This document shows, in pieces, positions 1 to 12,340 of a stretch of DNA of 64,000 bases. Below the pieces are notes generated by a model, which had not been told where the DNA came from, did no database searches, and saw only the letters and a list, made by a program, of their open reading frames with translations. Each line of letters starts with the position of its first letter. Within the stretch, counting starts at the first letter, position 1. The position numbers were made by a program, and so were the translations under genes. The DNA lies in NCBI GenBank assembly GCA_002269645.1, contig NIVC01002518.1:44626-108625 (forward strand). Direction: 5' to 3'. The DNA is from Macrostomum lignano. Its lineage: Eukaryota.

Positions 1-373
1 CTGACTCCTGAGTCTTGTGTGAGCTCGAGCTTTCTTGCCAAGCTCACACAAGGTGTACAGTGGGCCTGACTTTCTAATCGTCAGGCATGTACAGTCTCTG
101 TGCCTTATCGTAAAGCTAATCATGTACGGTAAACATCCCCAGATCCAGTTTTGGTTGCTTCTGATCCTCCAAAGGAAACCGCTGAGTCCAAGCAAATTTT
201 GAAGCCCGTTTGCAGTAGGACGTACCTACGAGCTACAAAGTAACTACTATGCAATAAAGTTATTTAAAAAGGACACACTTCAGACTCGCACAACTTGCAA
301 TTATCGAGCACAGCAGCAGAGCCAGCGCTGCTGCAACCGGGATAGAGGAGAGCTGCATCTTAGCAAACTCCAT
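1..373 (-). CDS. Possible small secreted Cys-containing protein, runs off the left edge (exons 286-373 and 1-225)
   Basis: Kozak-like GCCATGG start; MEFAKMQLSSIPVAAALALLLCSIIASCA looks like a signal peptide. A putative 60-nt GT-AG intron (226-285, weak donor GTCTGA) joins it in phase 1 to an open frame STSYCKRASKFAWTQRF...GCLPYMISFTIRHRDCTCL...LCELGKK that stays open to position 1. Confidence 0.3.
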
Positions 374-563
374 GGCAAATCAGTTCAACGGCTTACTCTT
401 CTTAAGGTGTCGTACAAGCCTTGGAATTATCTTTCCGAAATGTTGGCTCTTTTTAGAATCCATGCATTGCTGTAGAAAAAAACTCAACGCAACTGCGATG
501 CGGGTCGTGGCCCTACAGACACGGTTTGATTGACATGATTAAGACTCTTTAAGAATTGAAGAA

Positions 564-1434
564 TTATACGGCTCGAAAGACTTTTGCAGCATTGCAGAGC
601 GAGGCAGGTCGGATGCGGATGAGTATCGCAGTCTGATAATTTAGGGTTTTTCTTGCCAAAATCTCATTGCATTTGTAATGCAAATATAATTGATTGTATG
701 AGCATTGAAATCCGTAATAAACCGCAAATCCAGGGGGGGGGGGGAAATGCACCTGAAATGAAGGTAGATTATTAAATACTTTTGCAAAACTGCATGGCTA
801 ATAATCCTGATAGAAAGTGTAACTTACATGTAGATAAAAACGCACAGCTACATTTGTCCTAAGATGTATAAAACGCAGGCGCTAAGTTTGAAAACCGTAT
901 GTATATTACATGTACGCTCGTATGTCCTGACCTGTATTGATTTATATCTTGATAACTTTTCAGATTTTAGTTATATAGATTAATCCACTTTACTGACTGG
1001 CAAGACATGATGGCTCGTAAGCGCGCGTTTAAACCTACTGTCAGTGCTTTAAGCGTTTACTAGCTGTCACAAGAGCGCAGTTTGATTGGCACACAACACA
1101 CACTGTCACAAGCGCGCAGTTTGATTTACACACTGTCACAAGCGCGCAGTTTGATTGACACACGCTGTTCAGTGTGACCACTGCAGTTCGCAAGCTTAGA
1201 ATTCACAGCTCGGTTATCTCATCTGATCATGCAGACATTACACCTACGTACCATGCGCCCTAACGTCATGCGCGCTTATAATCAGCCCTCACCAGCTCAT
1301 CTTCCCAGTCTGCGGCGTCAAACTTGGAATCCTAAGTCTAAATCAGATACTTACCTGGCTTGCAGCACAGAAAACTTGCTTGCATAAAGCATTATGAGAG
1401 AGAGAAGGCAGAGCAGCAGGGCTAACATGTACAT
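564..1434 (-). CDS. Possible small secreted peptide gene divergent from 14-3-3 (exons 1355-1434 and about 564-752)
   Basis: MYMLALLLCLLSLIMLYASKFSVLQAR ends at a perfect donor CAG|GTAAGT (1354). A good acceptor CCTTCATTTCAG| sits at 753. The frame of exon 2 depends on the length of the G12 run at 733-744. Confidence 0.4.
1064..1160. repeat. Three copies of CTGTCACAAGCGCGCAGTTTGATT
   Basis: Copies begin at 1064, 1103 and 1133. Confidence 0.85.
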
Positions 1435-1499
1435 ATAAACGCGCGTCTGATCGCTGTCGCTGACGACGATCGCTGACGACCCCTGATTTGATTCCGTGC

Positions 1500-1510
1500 G
1501 CGCAGGCGCA
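1500..1510. promoter_or_regulatory. NRF1-like motif GCGCAGGCGCA in a GC-rich patch between the divergent start codons
   Basis: Matches GCGCANGCGC and lies between the minus-strand ATG (1434) and the 14-3-3 ATG (2297). Function is inferred. Confidence 0.25.
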
Positions 1511-2296
1511 TTCATTTGGGGCTTGTGCGTGAAAGTTGGCCGGCGGGTTTGTCGTTTCGTGCAATTCACACCCAAGAGGACAACCCCTTAAAGTCAGGGC
1601 CATTACTAGCAGTACCTGTACATGTCGTACGTGAGCCTATAATAGCTGCAACACTGTCGATAACATAGCTCGTACAAAATGCACTAGCGGTTTGGCAATA
1701 GGCGTTTTTCCAGACCTTGAGATTATTTCTAAGAAAAGGTCAGCTATTCTGCGGTCGTCTACTTCGGCAATATGATTTTGCTGCGTTGCCGTTGGTGCTA
1801 CATGTATAATATAATTGTGACTCACATATGTCAGTTGGCAGGGGCCCAGACAGTGGAGAGCCGTAATCTCGATTATGTTCATAAATCGAATAGTGCAGAG
1901 CGAAAAGAAAGCACATGCACAGCTGTCTTTGAGGCAATATGTTATGCATGTACAGTTGCGATTCATAGGGCACCGAAAGTTTCTAACCTGAAAAATAATA
2001 AGGCAGAGATGTAGGCACTACGGTTGAAATTATAAATAAAATTTTTAAACTAAAATTTCGGTTTATTTTAAGATTCGTTTAAATCGACTAATTTCCTTAG
2101 TAAGCTAAAGTTTTGTTTAAGTAAGCTTTTTGAGCAAATGTTACGGAATCTTTCTTGCTTGGTTTGATGAATTTGCAACATGAAATTCAAATTAGCGAAT
2201 TCCATTATTGCGACGCGGTAGTTTTTCTTTACTGCTAAAGTAAAATAGTAGATAAGTTTTAGAGTATTCGAAGTAACGCTTTATTTAAATCTTACT

Positions 2297-5200
2297 ATGG
2301 CCCACCAGGACAGAGAAGATCAGGTTTACTTCGCAAAATTGTCTGAGCAGGCTGAGCGCTATGATGGTATGTAACAAAAGTTGAAATGTATAAATGTACT
2401 GTCAATGTCCCCAATTTTTAACTATAGTATAGTGTCACTGTTGTCATCATTTGCAAACCTAATCACTTAGCCATGAAATAAAGCACTTTCTAGGCTTGTT
2501 TTTTAATAAATTTTCATTGTTTAATAATAATATTTATTAGATCATTTATTAGATTTGTTTAGATTTGTTTAATTTATTAGATTAGATAAAAATTTATATT
2601 ATAATTAATATAAACAATGTGGGCTCATTAAAGTAGGGACTTAGGCACTAGTTTAGTGATGGTCTTGTAACTTGTAAGTGTTTTTTATTGAGTGCTATAT
2701 ATTATTATTATACCTGGTATTAGTAATATAATAAAATAAAATAATTTTGTTGAAATTTTACAATTTTTAATTATAGGCCTAGTGCTTAATTTTTCTATAA
2801 ACTGCCTCTGAACCGAAGTAGTAGTAGCTACTTATATTCTTGCCATACTCTGGATCATGCTGGGTGCATGCCCAAAAAAAATTGAATATTGTGGTGGCCA
2901 GACTATGCAACTGGCAGCACCAGCAGCACCATTGGCCTTCCACCTCAATAGGTACAAATGCATGCCCACTCGGGCATTTCTGCCAATTAATTCTCTTTGA
3001 TTCATGAAAAAAACACATTAAACTTTGTTAAAAACATTCCTTTTCGTCACAACACCTGCAAGAAGTCATTGATTCTTGTCAGTTTTCTTGCTATACCAAA
3101 AATTATAAACGGTAAGTTTTTGTATCATTTGTACTCATGTTGTACCCTCTCATTTACTCATAAGGCTTTCAATCTACATGTTTTTTAGCTTAAATGAAGG
3201 AAAACATCTTTGCGATGATGTATCAGTATATTTTTTAGCAATAGAATTTGCTTAATACATTTTTCTAAGACATTAATTTTTTTTCGATGTGACATCTTAA
3301 CCACAAGATTGTACTCATGTTGTACCCAATAATTTTTTTAGTGCTTTTTATTAGCTGAAAACGATATATTTATGGATTGCTGACATACAGAGCTTCACAA
3401 AAAGTGGTCTGCTGAACCTTAATCTGTCAAAATACCTTAAATATTAACATTTAAATGTAGTAAGCACACTACTTACACGAGATGTATTTTCATGTTGTAC
3501 CCTTTATTTTATTTTTTGCTAGTTTTTTTCTCAAAATCAGTCTTACAAGACTATCATTAAGTATAAAAGCTGGAAAATAAAACAGTTTCACATTAATTTC
3601 TTGTTTATTTATCAATAAAAATGTAATTTACATTTTGCACTATAGTATGTAGATATTAATTTACATAGTACTAAATCAATTTTCCCCACATTTACTTGTA
3701 ATATTGCTTCAGAAAAACTTTCTCTAGATTGTGGAAGCATATGCATTTCTTGCTGCTTGCAAAGTTGCACTGGAACTTCTGAATAATTACGGTGATCGGC
3801 TAGTTACTGAAAAGTAAAATTAGAGATTTATGTTCGGTATATCGCGCAGAAAAAAAACATTTTGACAAAGTTAAAAAATATCGTATGAACTTATGCGCAA
3901 AATAACAAAATCTGAATTAAAAAGTTGATTAAAAGCATTAAGAAACAATTAAAAAATTATTGACTGAAAGAAAATTAATTATAAGCAAGCAATTACGCCT
4001 CAATATAAAATTTTATTCTCCTACGGTATTAATCGTCTTCTTAGATCAGTATAACTTTTATCGGCAACTTTTTATTGTTACCAGAGAATTTCTTGTGCTT
4101 CTACAAGATAAAAAAAGAAATTTAATAACAAATTCTAGTTAGATTTCCTGTTTTCAACATTTTTCTTCTTCTTTGCACACTCGGACACAATTTGTGTCCC
4201 TATTTGGCGGAAATGCCCACTCTCAAATCTACAGTGGTGTTGCAATAATAAACACCATGACTAGGGACACGGTGGCCATGCCTCTAACTCTATGTCTAAG
4301 GACATGGCCGCCATGTCCCTAGCTACCACGCTACTCTGTGCCTAGAGCCACGGCGGCTGTGTCTTTAGCTGTGTGGACTCGCGGCACAGCCGCTGTGTCC
4401 CTAGCTCTGTGTATAGGGACATGGCGGCCGTGTTCCTAGTAATCTACCACTCACATGCCTAGGGGCACGGCGGTTGTCTATGAACAATAGGCTTTAAATG
4501 CAACATGGTAGCTCGAATGTTGCTGGTAGTGTCCATAAAGACGGTCAAATATTGTGTCAATCTAATATACTAAAACTTCTATACTAAAAAACCCAGAAAG
4601 CTTGATATTTAGGCTTAAAAATGAACTTGTTTTATCTTTTCCTATTTTACATTAGGCTTTATCTCTTTTGTGTGATTCTATCAAGTGCACGCTAGGTTTG
4701 CATGCACACAGGAATGATGCACACCAACTATACATGCCTAGTTTTGGCATGCAAGGCCAATGCATGCCCAAATTTTTGGGCATTTACTACATGATCCAGA
4801 GTGTAGTATTTTTGCATCCCCCTTGTGAGAAATTCCTAGCTACACCCCTGTGTGTCATATTTGCTAGACATTTAATGCATATTGACACATTTTTAAAACT
4901 TATTCCAATGGAAATTATAGTCAAAAAGAATTTCTAAATTATCTTTTAATTTAAAAAATAGATTTATCAAATCAAGGTTAATCCGTGTAATATAGACCAT
5001 GTTTATTGAAGATCAGGGCATGGAATGGGCTAAGGAGTTTTTGAGTGGGGGGTTCTTCAAGGAGATTGATTTTATTAACACAAACTTGAATATCACAGAC
5101 ACTTATAGTATTATTAATTAATTACTTCCATCATTAAATCATTCAAAAAGAGATGTTAATGTAGAACACAATTGCAAAGGTTGCATGGTTAATATTACTT

Positions 5201-7212
5201 GTAATTTCTAAATTTTATATTTATGTTCATTTATAAATACAGAATTCTTTGAAATAATTTTTATTAAATTTGCATTGACACCATAGCAGATTAATAAACC
5301 TTAAACTTAAACTTCTGAACTTCTAAGTCTTAACTTATTAGGCAATAGCAACTTTGATGCCTATTTGGAGGAGTATATGTATGTAGCAGCAACTCTATCC
5401 CAACAATCCTTTTGAAGCATTACCAGGGTCTAGTTTGTGTAGTAGTGCACACCAGAACAAAAATCCTATCTAAGCTATATATATGTATATATATATATAT
5501 GCCTGAGTGCACTAGGAACTAGAATAACTAGAATTACTACTTTCAGTTCAGTAGCAAACAAGAATACACCAGCTATTTTATAAAATAAAGGCAGCTGAAA
5601 TGAACTTTGATAAGTTTAGAAGCCCACAAGCTTGCAGGCATAAACAACTTGCTAATTGGTTCAGCAGTAATGTACATTGGCTAGTCCACTGAAATGTACA
5701 TGGCAGCTTTAGGCTGGAATTCTGAGAAAGGCAATTAAAATTGGGGCTGTGCGGGGGTTAGTGTGGAAAGGCACGGTTGGAGGGTTTAAGCTTGGGGGGA
5801 TAAAGGACATTAAAATGCTTGAGTTTAAGTTACTACTGAACTGAAAGTAGTTTACACGCAAATGTGCTGAGTGGCCCAACTAGTCATCCCAGTGTCTATC
5901 TGTGGAGTGCACCAAAAAACGAAATGAAACGAAATGACTATCATTTAAAAATATCAATAACCTTCCACACTGTGTGCAGAGATGGTGGACGCCATGAAGG
6001 CCGTCGCCGTGATGGACGTGGAGCTGACGGTGGAGGAGCGCAACCTGCTGTCCGTGGCCTACAAGAACGTCATCGGCGCCCGCCGGGCCTCCTGGCGCAT
6101 CATGAGCAGCATCGAGCAGAAGGAGGAAAGCAAGCCGGGCTCCGACAAAGTCGAATTGGTGAAGAAATACCGCAGCCAAGTTGAGAAGGAGCTCAAGCAG
6201 ATCTGCGAGGACATTCTGGACGTGCTGGACAGCCACCTGATCCCCAGCGCCACCGTGGACGAGTCCCGGGTGTTCTTCTACAAGATGAAGGGCGACTACC
6301 TGCGCTACATGGCCGAGTTCGCCACCGGCGCCGAGCGCAAGGAGGCCGCCGAGAACAGCCTGTCGGCCTACAAGAACGCCACGGACATCGCCAACGCCCA
6401 CCTGCCGCCCACGCATCCCATCCGGCTGGGCCTGGCTCTCAACTTCTCCGTGTTCTATTATGAGATTCTCAACTCGGCTGAGAGGGCCTGCCAGCTGGCC
6501 AAGACCTCCTTTGACGAGGCCATCGCCGAGCTGGACACTCTGTCCGAGGAGTCCTACAAGGACAGCACCCTGATCATGCAGCTGCTGCGTGACAACCTCA
6601 CTCTGTGGACCTCCGACATGCAGACTGGGGACGGTGAGTCTTACAGAACCTCTGACTGCTGACCCCCTGCACTTCATTGCTACTGGAAATCTTACTGGAT
6701 CATCTGACCCCTGTTCACCTTTAACCCTTGGCCAGTGACCTTTTTTGGATCCCGTGACCTCGGTTGACCTTTTATAGTTCCTTGGCCAATTGCCTCTTCT
6801 GGATCCCGTGACCTCGGTTGACCTATTATTCCCTTAGCCAATGGTCTCTTCTGGATCCCGTGACCTCGTTTGACCTTTTATTCCCTTAGCCAATGGTCTT
6901 CTGGATCCCGTGACCTCGGTTGACCTTTTATTCCCTTAGCCAATGGTCTCTTCTGGATCCCATGACCTCGGTTGACCTTTTATTCCCTTAGCCAATGGTC
7001 TCTTCTGGATCCCGTGACCTCGGTTGACATTTTAGTCTCTTAGCCAATGGCTTCTGGATCCAGAAATCTCTTTAACTCCACATCCAATGACCTGTATTTG
7101 ATCTTTAATAACCTTTGAACCCTTAGCCAATGGCCTCTTCGTTGACTTAATTAAATTTTTTGAACCGGTAATTGCAGAAGAGAAGGAGGGCGACAAAGAC
7201 TCGGGTAACTAA
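2297..7212 (+). CDS. YWHAE: 14-3-3 protein, epsilon-like (252 aa); exons 2297-2366, 5980-6633, 7178-7212
   Basis: Exon 1 reads [23 protein letters not shown](E). Exon 2 has [52 protein letters not shown] and [22 protein letters not shown]. Exon 3 is an acidic tail ending in TAA. GT-AG introns, both phase 1; 759 nt in total. Confidence 0.96.
4260..4480. repeat. Cluster of about six degenerate palindromic (hairpin) units in 14-3-3 intron 1
   Basis: Units such as CTAAGGACATGGCCGCCATGTCCCTAG and TAGGGACATGGCGGCCGTGTTCCTAG, spaced 35-46 bp, in both orientations. Confidence 0.7.
6740..7070. repeat. Minisatellite of about 50-55 bp x7 in 14-3-3 intron 2
   Basis: Repeated CTTCTGGATCCCGTGACCTCGGTTGACCTTTTATTCCCTTAGCCAATGG. 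Confidence 0.92.
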
Positions 7213-8254
7213 GACACTGCGCGGAGTCCGCTTTGGCCAGCAAGTTGAAGATGTGAGCGACTCAGACCAGATGAAATTTGTGTGAAAACACAGTAAAGTT
7301 CTGTTTGTTTAAACTGTGGTTTTGTTTGTTTTTTGCTGCTTCTGGCCAAGAGTTTTGCTCGCGATTCTGCGTCGGTTTTGTCCGGACAAATTTATGCTAC
7401 TTATACTACTTACCGTACAGTAGGACTCGCGTATATTCTAAATGTTTCTATTGTGTAATGTCTTATGTTTTTTCTCTCTATAGCCGACAAATTTTCAGCT
7501 TGAGGTCCCCATTATCGAGGCCTATTGAGGCTTATCCATCCACAGGGCTGGAAACAAAATTGCAAGAAAGCACAGCACCCACGGTAAGCAGGTCCTTTCG
7601 TGTGGGATCAGGCGGGTGATTTCAGCCTAATTGGCTGAGGCGAAAATTCTAAAATCAGTTCCCCCTCCGTCGGCCTGTGTCGTGTTCTCAAGCTCCCCCT
7701 AGCGCTTTTAATATTTAATAATTCCGGAAGTTCTAAGGGTACTGCTAATACTTGGCACACATTTTTCTAATTTTATTATCTATCTAAGCTATCTGTTGTT
7801 TAACTGTCGTTCGATCCCAGTGCGTTCGTCGCTTAACTCTTTGTTTCCAAAATTATTTGAAACATTTTTTATTAGCTAAATTTTTTTCTGTAATAAATTT
7901 TTTCGGCTGGTTAAAGAGTTGCTGGGGGAGCAGGAGAGATCGGTCTGATCTACTTTAGTTATTGTTGAGTTTTTTATTCAACCGTGGCGAACTTCAACTG
8001 TGTTGTTTCTGACTGTTCAATTTTCTATTACTAAGACCCCAGCTAGCTAGGAGTGAAACAAAACTGCTAAGCGTCAGCTTGTTGACTCTCCAATACGACA
8101 TCAGCTTTATCGCTACGCTACTGTCAAAAACAATAAAATTATCTTTTTATCGACAAAACAAACGGCACTGGCTGTCTTCAATTAGGCTTTGTTATTTTCG
8201 ATTACCCTGAGCACACTTTGGGCATTTTGCTTTTTCGCTTTGTAAGAGTTTCAA

Positions 8255-8406
8255 TTCCAATGAACATGCACTGCAAACAGATGCTCATGCAGACGAGATA
8301 TGCCGGTTGTAAGCTATCAATGAGTCCGAATTCCAACGAACATGCACTGCAAACAGATGCTCATGCAGACGAGATATGCCGGTTGTAAGCTATCAATGAG
8401 TCCGAA
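8255..8406. repeat. 76-bp tandem duplication
   Basis: 8255-8330 is repeated almost identically at 8331-8406. Confidence 0.92.
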
Positions 8407-8626
8407 TTTTGGCTCGGACATTTTCGGCCACTTGCTGTCAACTAACAACCGGCCACTTTATCTACTTTTAACATGTAATGGTGCAGACTGATCGCAAATT
8501 TCTTTTAGTGACTCAAAAAATTCGGCACCTGATCGCCACGGCCACTGCTCACACGGGTGTACAGCGGCAATCACTTGCTGTAAGGGGTATGTACATGTAC
8601 AATATGGAGTTGACTATTTTTTGGCC

Positions 8627-9110
8627 TACAAGGGTTGTTCAATGTATTTCTTAAATTAAATTAAATTAAATTAATTTCTTAAATTAAAAGCAAAATCTTG
8701 GCACATCTCAAAAGCAACTCTCAACAGCCAGTTTATCTGCTTCATGAACTCGATAGTGCATGTGTCTGTGGCCCGGGGCCGCTGGGGCGTTGTCCTTGTT
8801 GGTGGAGTTGGTGCCCCCGATGTCGCTCAGGCGTTTCTCAGCAACAGGTTGCAGCACCGGAGACAGACTAGAATAGAATGATAGAATGAAGTGCCGACTT
8901 CAGTGGCAACGGCTGCACCGGTGAGCGTGGATCCTTGTTGATCAGTGCCTGCACTGCGTCAGTTGTCCAGCTCCACTGTCTTCAACCGATGCGATCGGCC
9001 TCGATGAAATTCGCCAAACCAATGGTCGAAAATGCAACGAATGGCTGGTTCTCGAAAGCGCAGTATTCTCAACGGCTTGGCGAAGCCGCTCAAGGTTTAC
9101 ACCTACTGTA
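8627..9110 (-). mobile_element. Probable decayed, internally deleted mariner-like transposon
   Basis: Broken frames give WFGEFHRGR-ASVED, AVQALINKDPR-TGAAVATEVG (HTH-like), KDNAPA (DNAPAH-like) and TIEFMKQINW. TACAAGGGTTGTTCAAT at 8627 resembles a mariner TIR start; the partner TIR was not found. Confidence 0.4.
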
Positions 9111-9377
9111 AATTTGCAATCATAATCAAGACTTGTGAAACAAATGCTGGTAAAAAAGGCTTCATTTCCTACTGATCAGTAGAGTGTCGCGGTAATAAAT
9201 GTCGAGCGATGATCGAGTCAGCAGGCAGGGCTGCGTTTGTTTTTCCCATTTTTTTTATTTTGCTTCCCCTGCCCCGGTCTAACGAATGCCTTGCTGAATT
9301 GTTTAGCAAAGATAGGAGAGGCTGCAGCATAGTCTTCCGCTTTTAGTCAGTACTGTTTGCACTTTCTTGCCTGTCTG

Positions 9378-10670
9378 TAGGGGTGTTCGGGTCGGCCATT
9401 TTTTCGGGGTTCGGGGTTTACCCCGAACCCGGTACCCCTACCCCGAACCCCGAACCCCGTCCCGAACATTTCTTCCAACCCCGAACCCCGAACCCGGTAC
9501 CAAAACCCGACCCGACCCCGAACGTAACACCGAACATTTTCACGCTTATTTTGGTCAATCATTTTAATAAATTCAGTTTTCAGTTTTCAATTTTTCAGTT
9601 TTCAGTTTTGAATTTCAGTTTTAAATTCAGTTTTATATATTGAGATGTGCCTTAACAGCTTCAACCACTTAGCCTTGTGGTTTTATTTCCCTTAGCTACT
9701 CTACAACTAGGAAAAGAAATATGAAACACTTCTTGCAATGGGATTGGGATTGAGATGGAAGGAATACCAAGACCCAAGATCTAATAGTAAGATACATGAA
9801 AGGTCACAACTAAAATCAGGACCATTTCGTACCTATACTTACAACGAAATTGCTTTCATAGTAATATTACATCTATGAGTTTATTTAAGCTGCAAAAATA
9901 GAGTACAATAAAATTAGATTATACCCTGTAGTGTAGATATCAGTAGAGATAGAACTAGAGCGATAAAGAGATAGCACAGATAAAACAATGAAACAATGAA
10001 ACAGGAGAGTTAATCACAAATATATATTTATTTTTACTTTTGACTACAGTTAACAGTAAGTCAGTAGTGGTATAACAGAATTGCTTTGTAAAAACTAAAG
10101 TGACGTCTTTACATAAAATTGTATGCTGATATGAGTAGGTAATCATTGTGATAATTGATTATTGGCGACTGATGCGTGGAGAATAATAGTGTATTTATAA
10201 ATTTTAGGCTTCCTCATCCAATCCAGAAGTTCAGACCATGTTACACGTAGCACATGTAAAATTAGTACTGAACGTAATTTTTTAAATCATCAACTGCAAG
10301 ACTGAATGGGTCGAAAAACGACAATCGTTATTTACCAGAAAGTGTAAATGAATCCATGGTTCTATTTGCTATTTCTGTTTCAAATTGTATGTAAAATATA
10401 ACTTAAGTTGTACCTGAAACTCAATGCATATCTTTCGCAATGTGGATTTTGCATAAGGAGTAAAAAGTGCTTGAAAATACTCTTGAGAATGATAATTGTT
10501 CAAAACCCCGAAAACCCCGAAAACCCGGTGGCCAAACCCGACCCGAACCCCGAACCCGGTACCCCTACCCCGAACCCCGAACCCGACCCGGAACACCTAC
10601 CCCGAACCCCGAACCCGGTACCAAAACCCGACCCGAAACCCGACCCGACCCCGAACCCCGAACACCCCTA
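9378..10670. mobile_element. Non-autonomous hAT-type DNA transposon (1293 bp)
   Basis: Perfect 14-bp TIRs TAGGGGTGTTCGGG / CCCGAACACCCCTA; identical 8-bp TSD CCTGTCTG (9370-9377, 10671-10678). Dense ACCCGA/CCCCGAA subterminal repeats at both ends; AT-rich interior with no transposase. Confidence 0.92.
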
Positions 10671-11120
10671 CCTGTCTGGGAGGGTTTGACTAATGCATGG
10701 GAAAACAGGGGAGCCCTGCGCTATTGGGGACCGAATATGAATCGATATTTACGCCTCTCAGCTGCGACCGCGAGCCCGGCTGCGCCGGTAAAAATTCGAT
10801 ACTTGCCCTGACGTAAATGCTGAATACACAGCTGTAGGTGCAGCTGAACTTGCTGCAGTTCAGCTTTTGGCTTTGCTCTGTTAATCATCAGCACTGATCG
10901 TGGCCACCGCTGCCCAGGTTTTATGGCGCTGCAGAATTCCGTGTGGCTAAATATGGCTGAATTGGTCACAGAGTGCCTGGGGCCTTATGCAAGCTGCTCT
11001 TGGGTTGACCTCGGCTGACCCCGTGTGTGTGTGTGAACTTTCTAAATTAGGTCGTACTTTATAACTTTGCATACCTGCGTGAATTCCTTTCATGTAGCTG
11101 AGAGCTCGCACAAAAATGAA

Positions 11121-11662
11121 TATCACCGATCTTGTGTGATTTGGCGCCATCACCGATCTTGTCTGATTTGGCGCCATCACCGATCTTGTCTGTTTTGGCG
11201 CCATCACCGATCTTGTCTGATTTGGCGCCATCACCGATCTTGTCTGATTTGGCGCCATCACCGATCTTGTCTGATTTGGCGCCATCACCGATCTTGTCTG
11301 ATTTGGCGCCATCACCGATCTTGTCTGATTTGGCGCCATCACCGATCTTGTCTGATTTGGCGCCATCACCGATCTTGTCTGATTTGGCGCCATCACCGAT
11401 CTTGTCTGATTTGGCGCCATCACCGATCTTGTCTGATTTGGCGCCATCACCGATCTTGTCTGATTTGGCGCCATCACCGATCTTGTCTGATTTGGCGCCA
11501 TCACCGATCTTGTCTGATTTGGCGCCATCACCGATCTTGTCTGATTTGGCGCCATCACCGATCTTGTCTGATTTGGCGCCATCACCGATCTTGTCTGATT
11601 TGGCGCCATCACCGATCTTGTCTGATTTGGCGCCATCACCGATCTTGTCTGTTTTGGCGCCG
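11121..11662. repeat. 27-bp minisatellite x about 20
   Basis: Unit CACCGATCTTGTCTGATTTGGCGCCAT, nearly invariant. Confidence 0.97.
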
Positions 11663-12112
11663 ATATTAGCCATCACAACTATGGCTGGCTAAGCGCATAG
11701 CGCATCAATCGATTCGCATAGAAGCATCACAAATGCCTTCACCTCAGTTCAGTTTGACTCCATGACTTCAGTTCACACAAATTCCGCATTGTTTGCTGCT
11801 GCAACAGGCAGACGTATCTTACTTTTGAAAAAGCAGCAAGACCAAAAAGTCAAGCGCCAAGCTCAATTAAAAGCTACAGACGTCCTTTTTAAGCGTAGAT
11901 TTCTTCTTTAATGAAAATTGCTACTTCTCCCGCTGCTTCTCCTGCTGCTTCGAGTTCATTTCCTGCAGATTGAAAGAGAAGTTTGACTTGCCTCCCCCAG
12001 CGCATGCAAGTAGCGAATTTGGCTTGCCTCGGCTTTGGGGCTTCTGTGCAGTTCTGGGCTGCAATTGGGAGGCCCGCGATTCACTGAAATGTCTGAATTT
12101 GGGCTGGGGGTA

Positions 12113-12340
<228 letters not shown>

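Noticed and set aside
1347-1360. ATACTTACCTGGC matching the U1 snRNA 5' end
   Set aside because: The downstream U1 stem-loops and Sm site are absent; it is better explained as a perfect minus-strand donor.
5880-6677. 265-aa minus-strand ORF, and similar antisense ORFs over collagen and GPCR exons
   Set aside because: Shadow ORFs of GC3-rich sense exons.
10947-11692. ORFs with MAPNQTRSV / HHRSCLIWR / DKIGDGAKS repeats
   Set aside because: A 27-bp minisatellite open in multiple frames, with no flanking gene structure.
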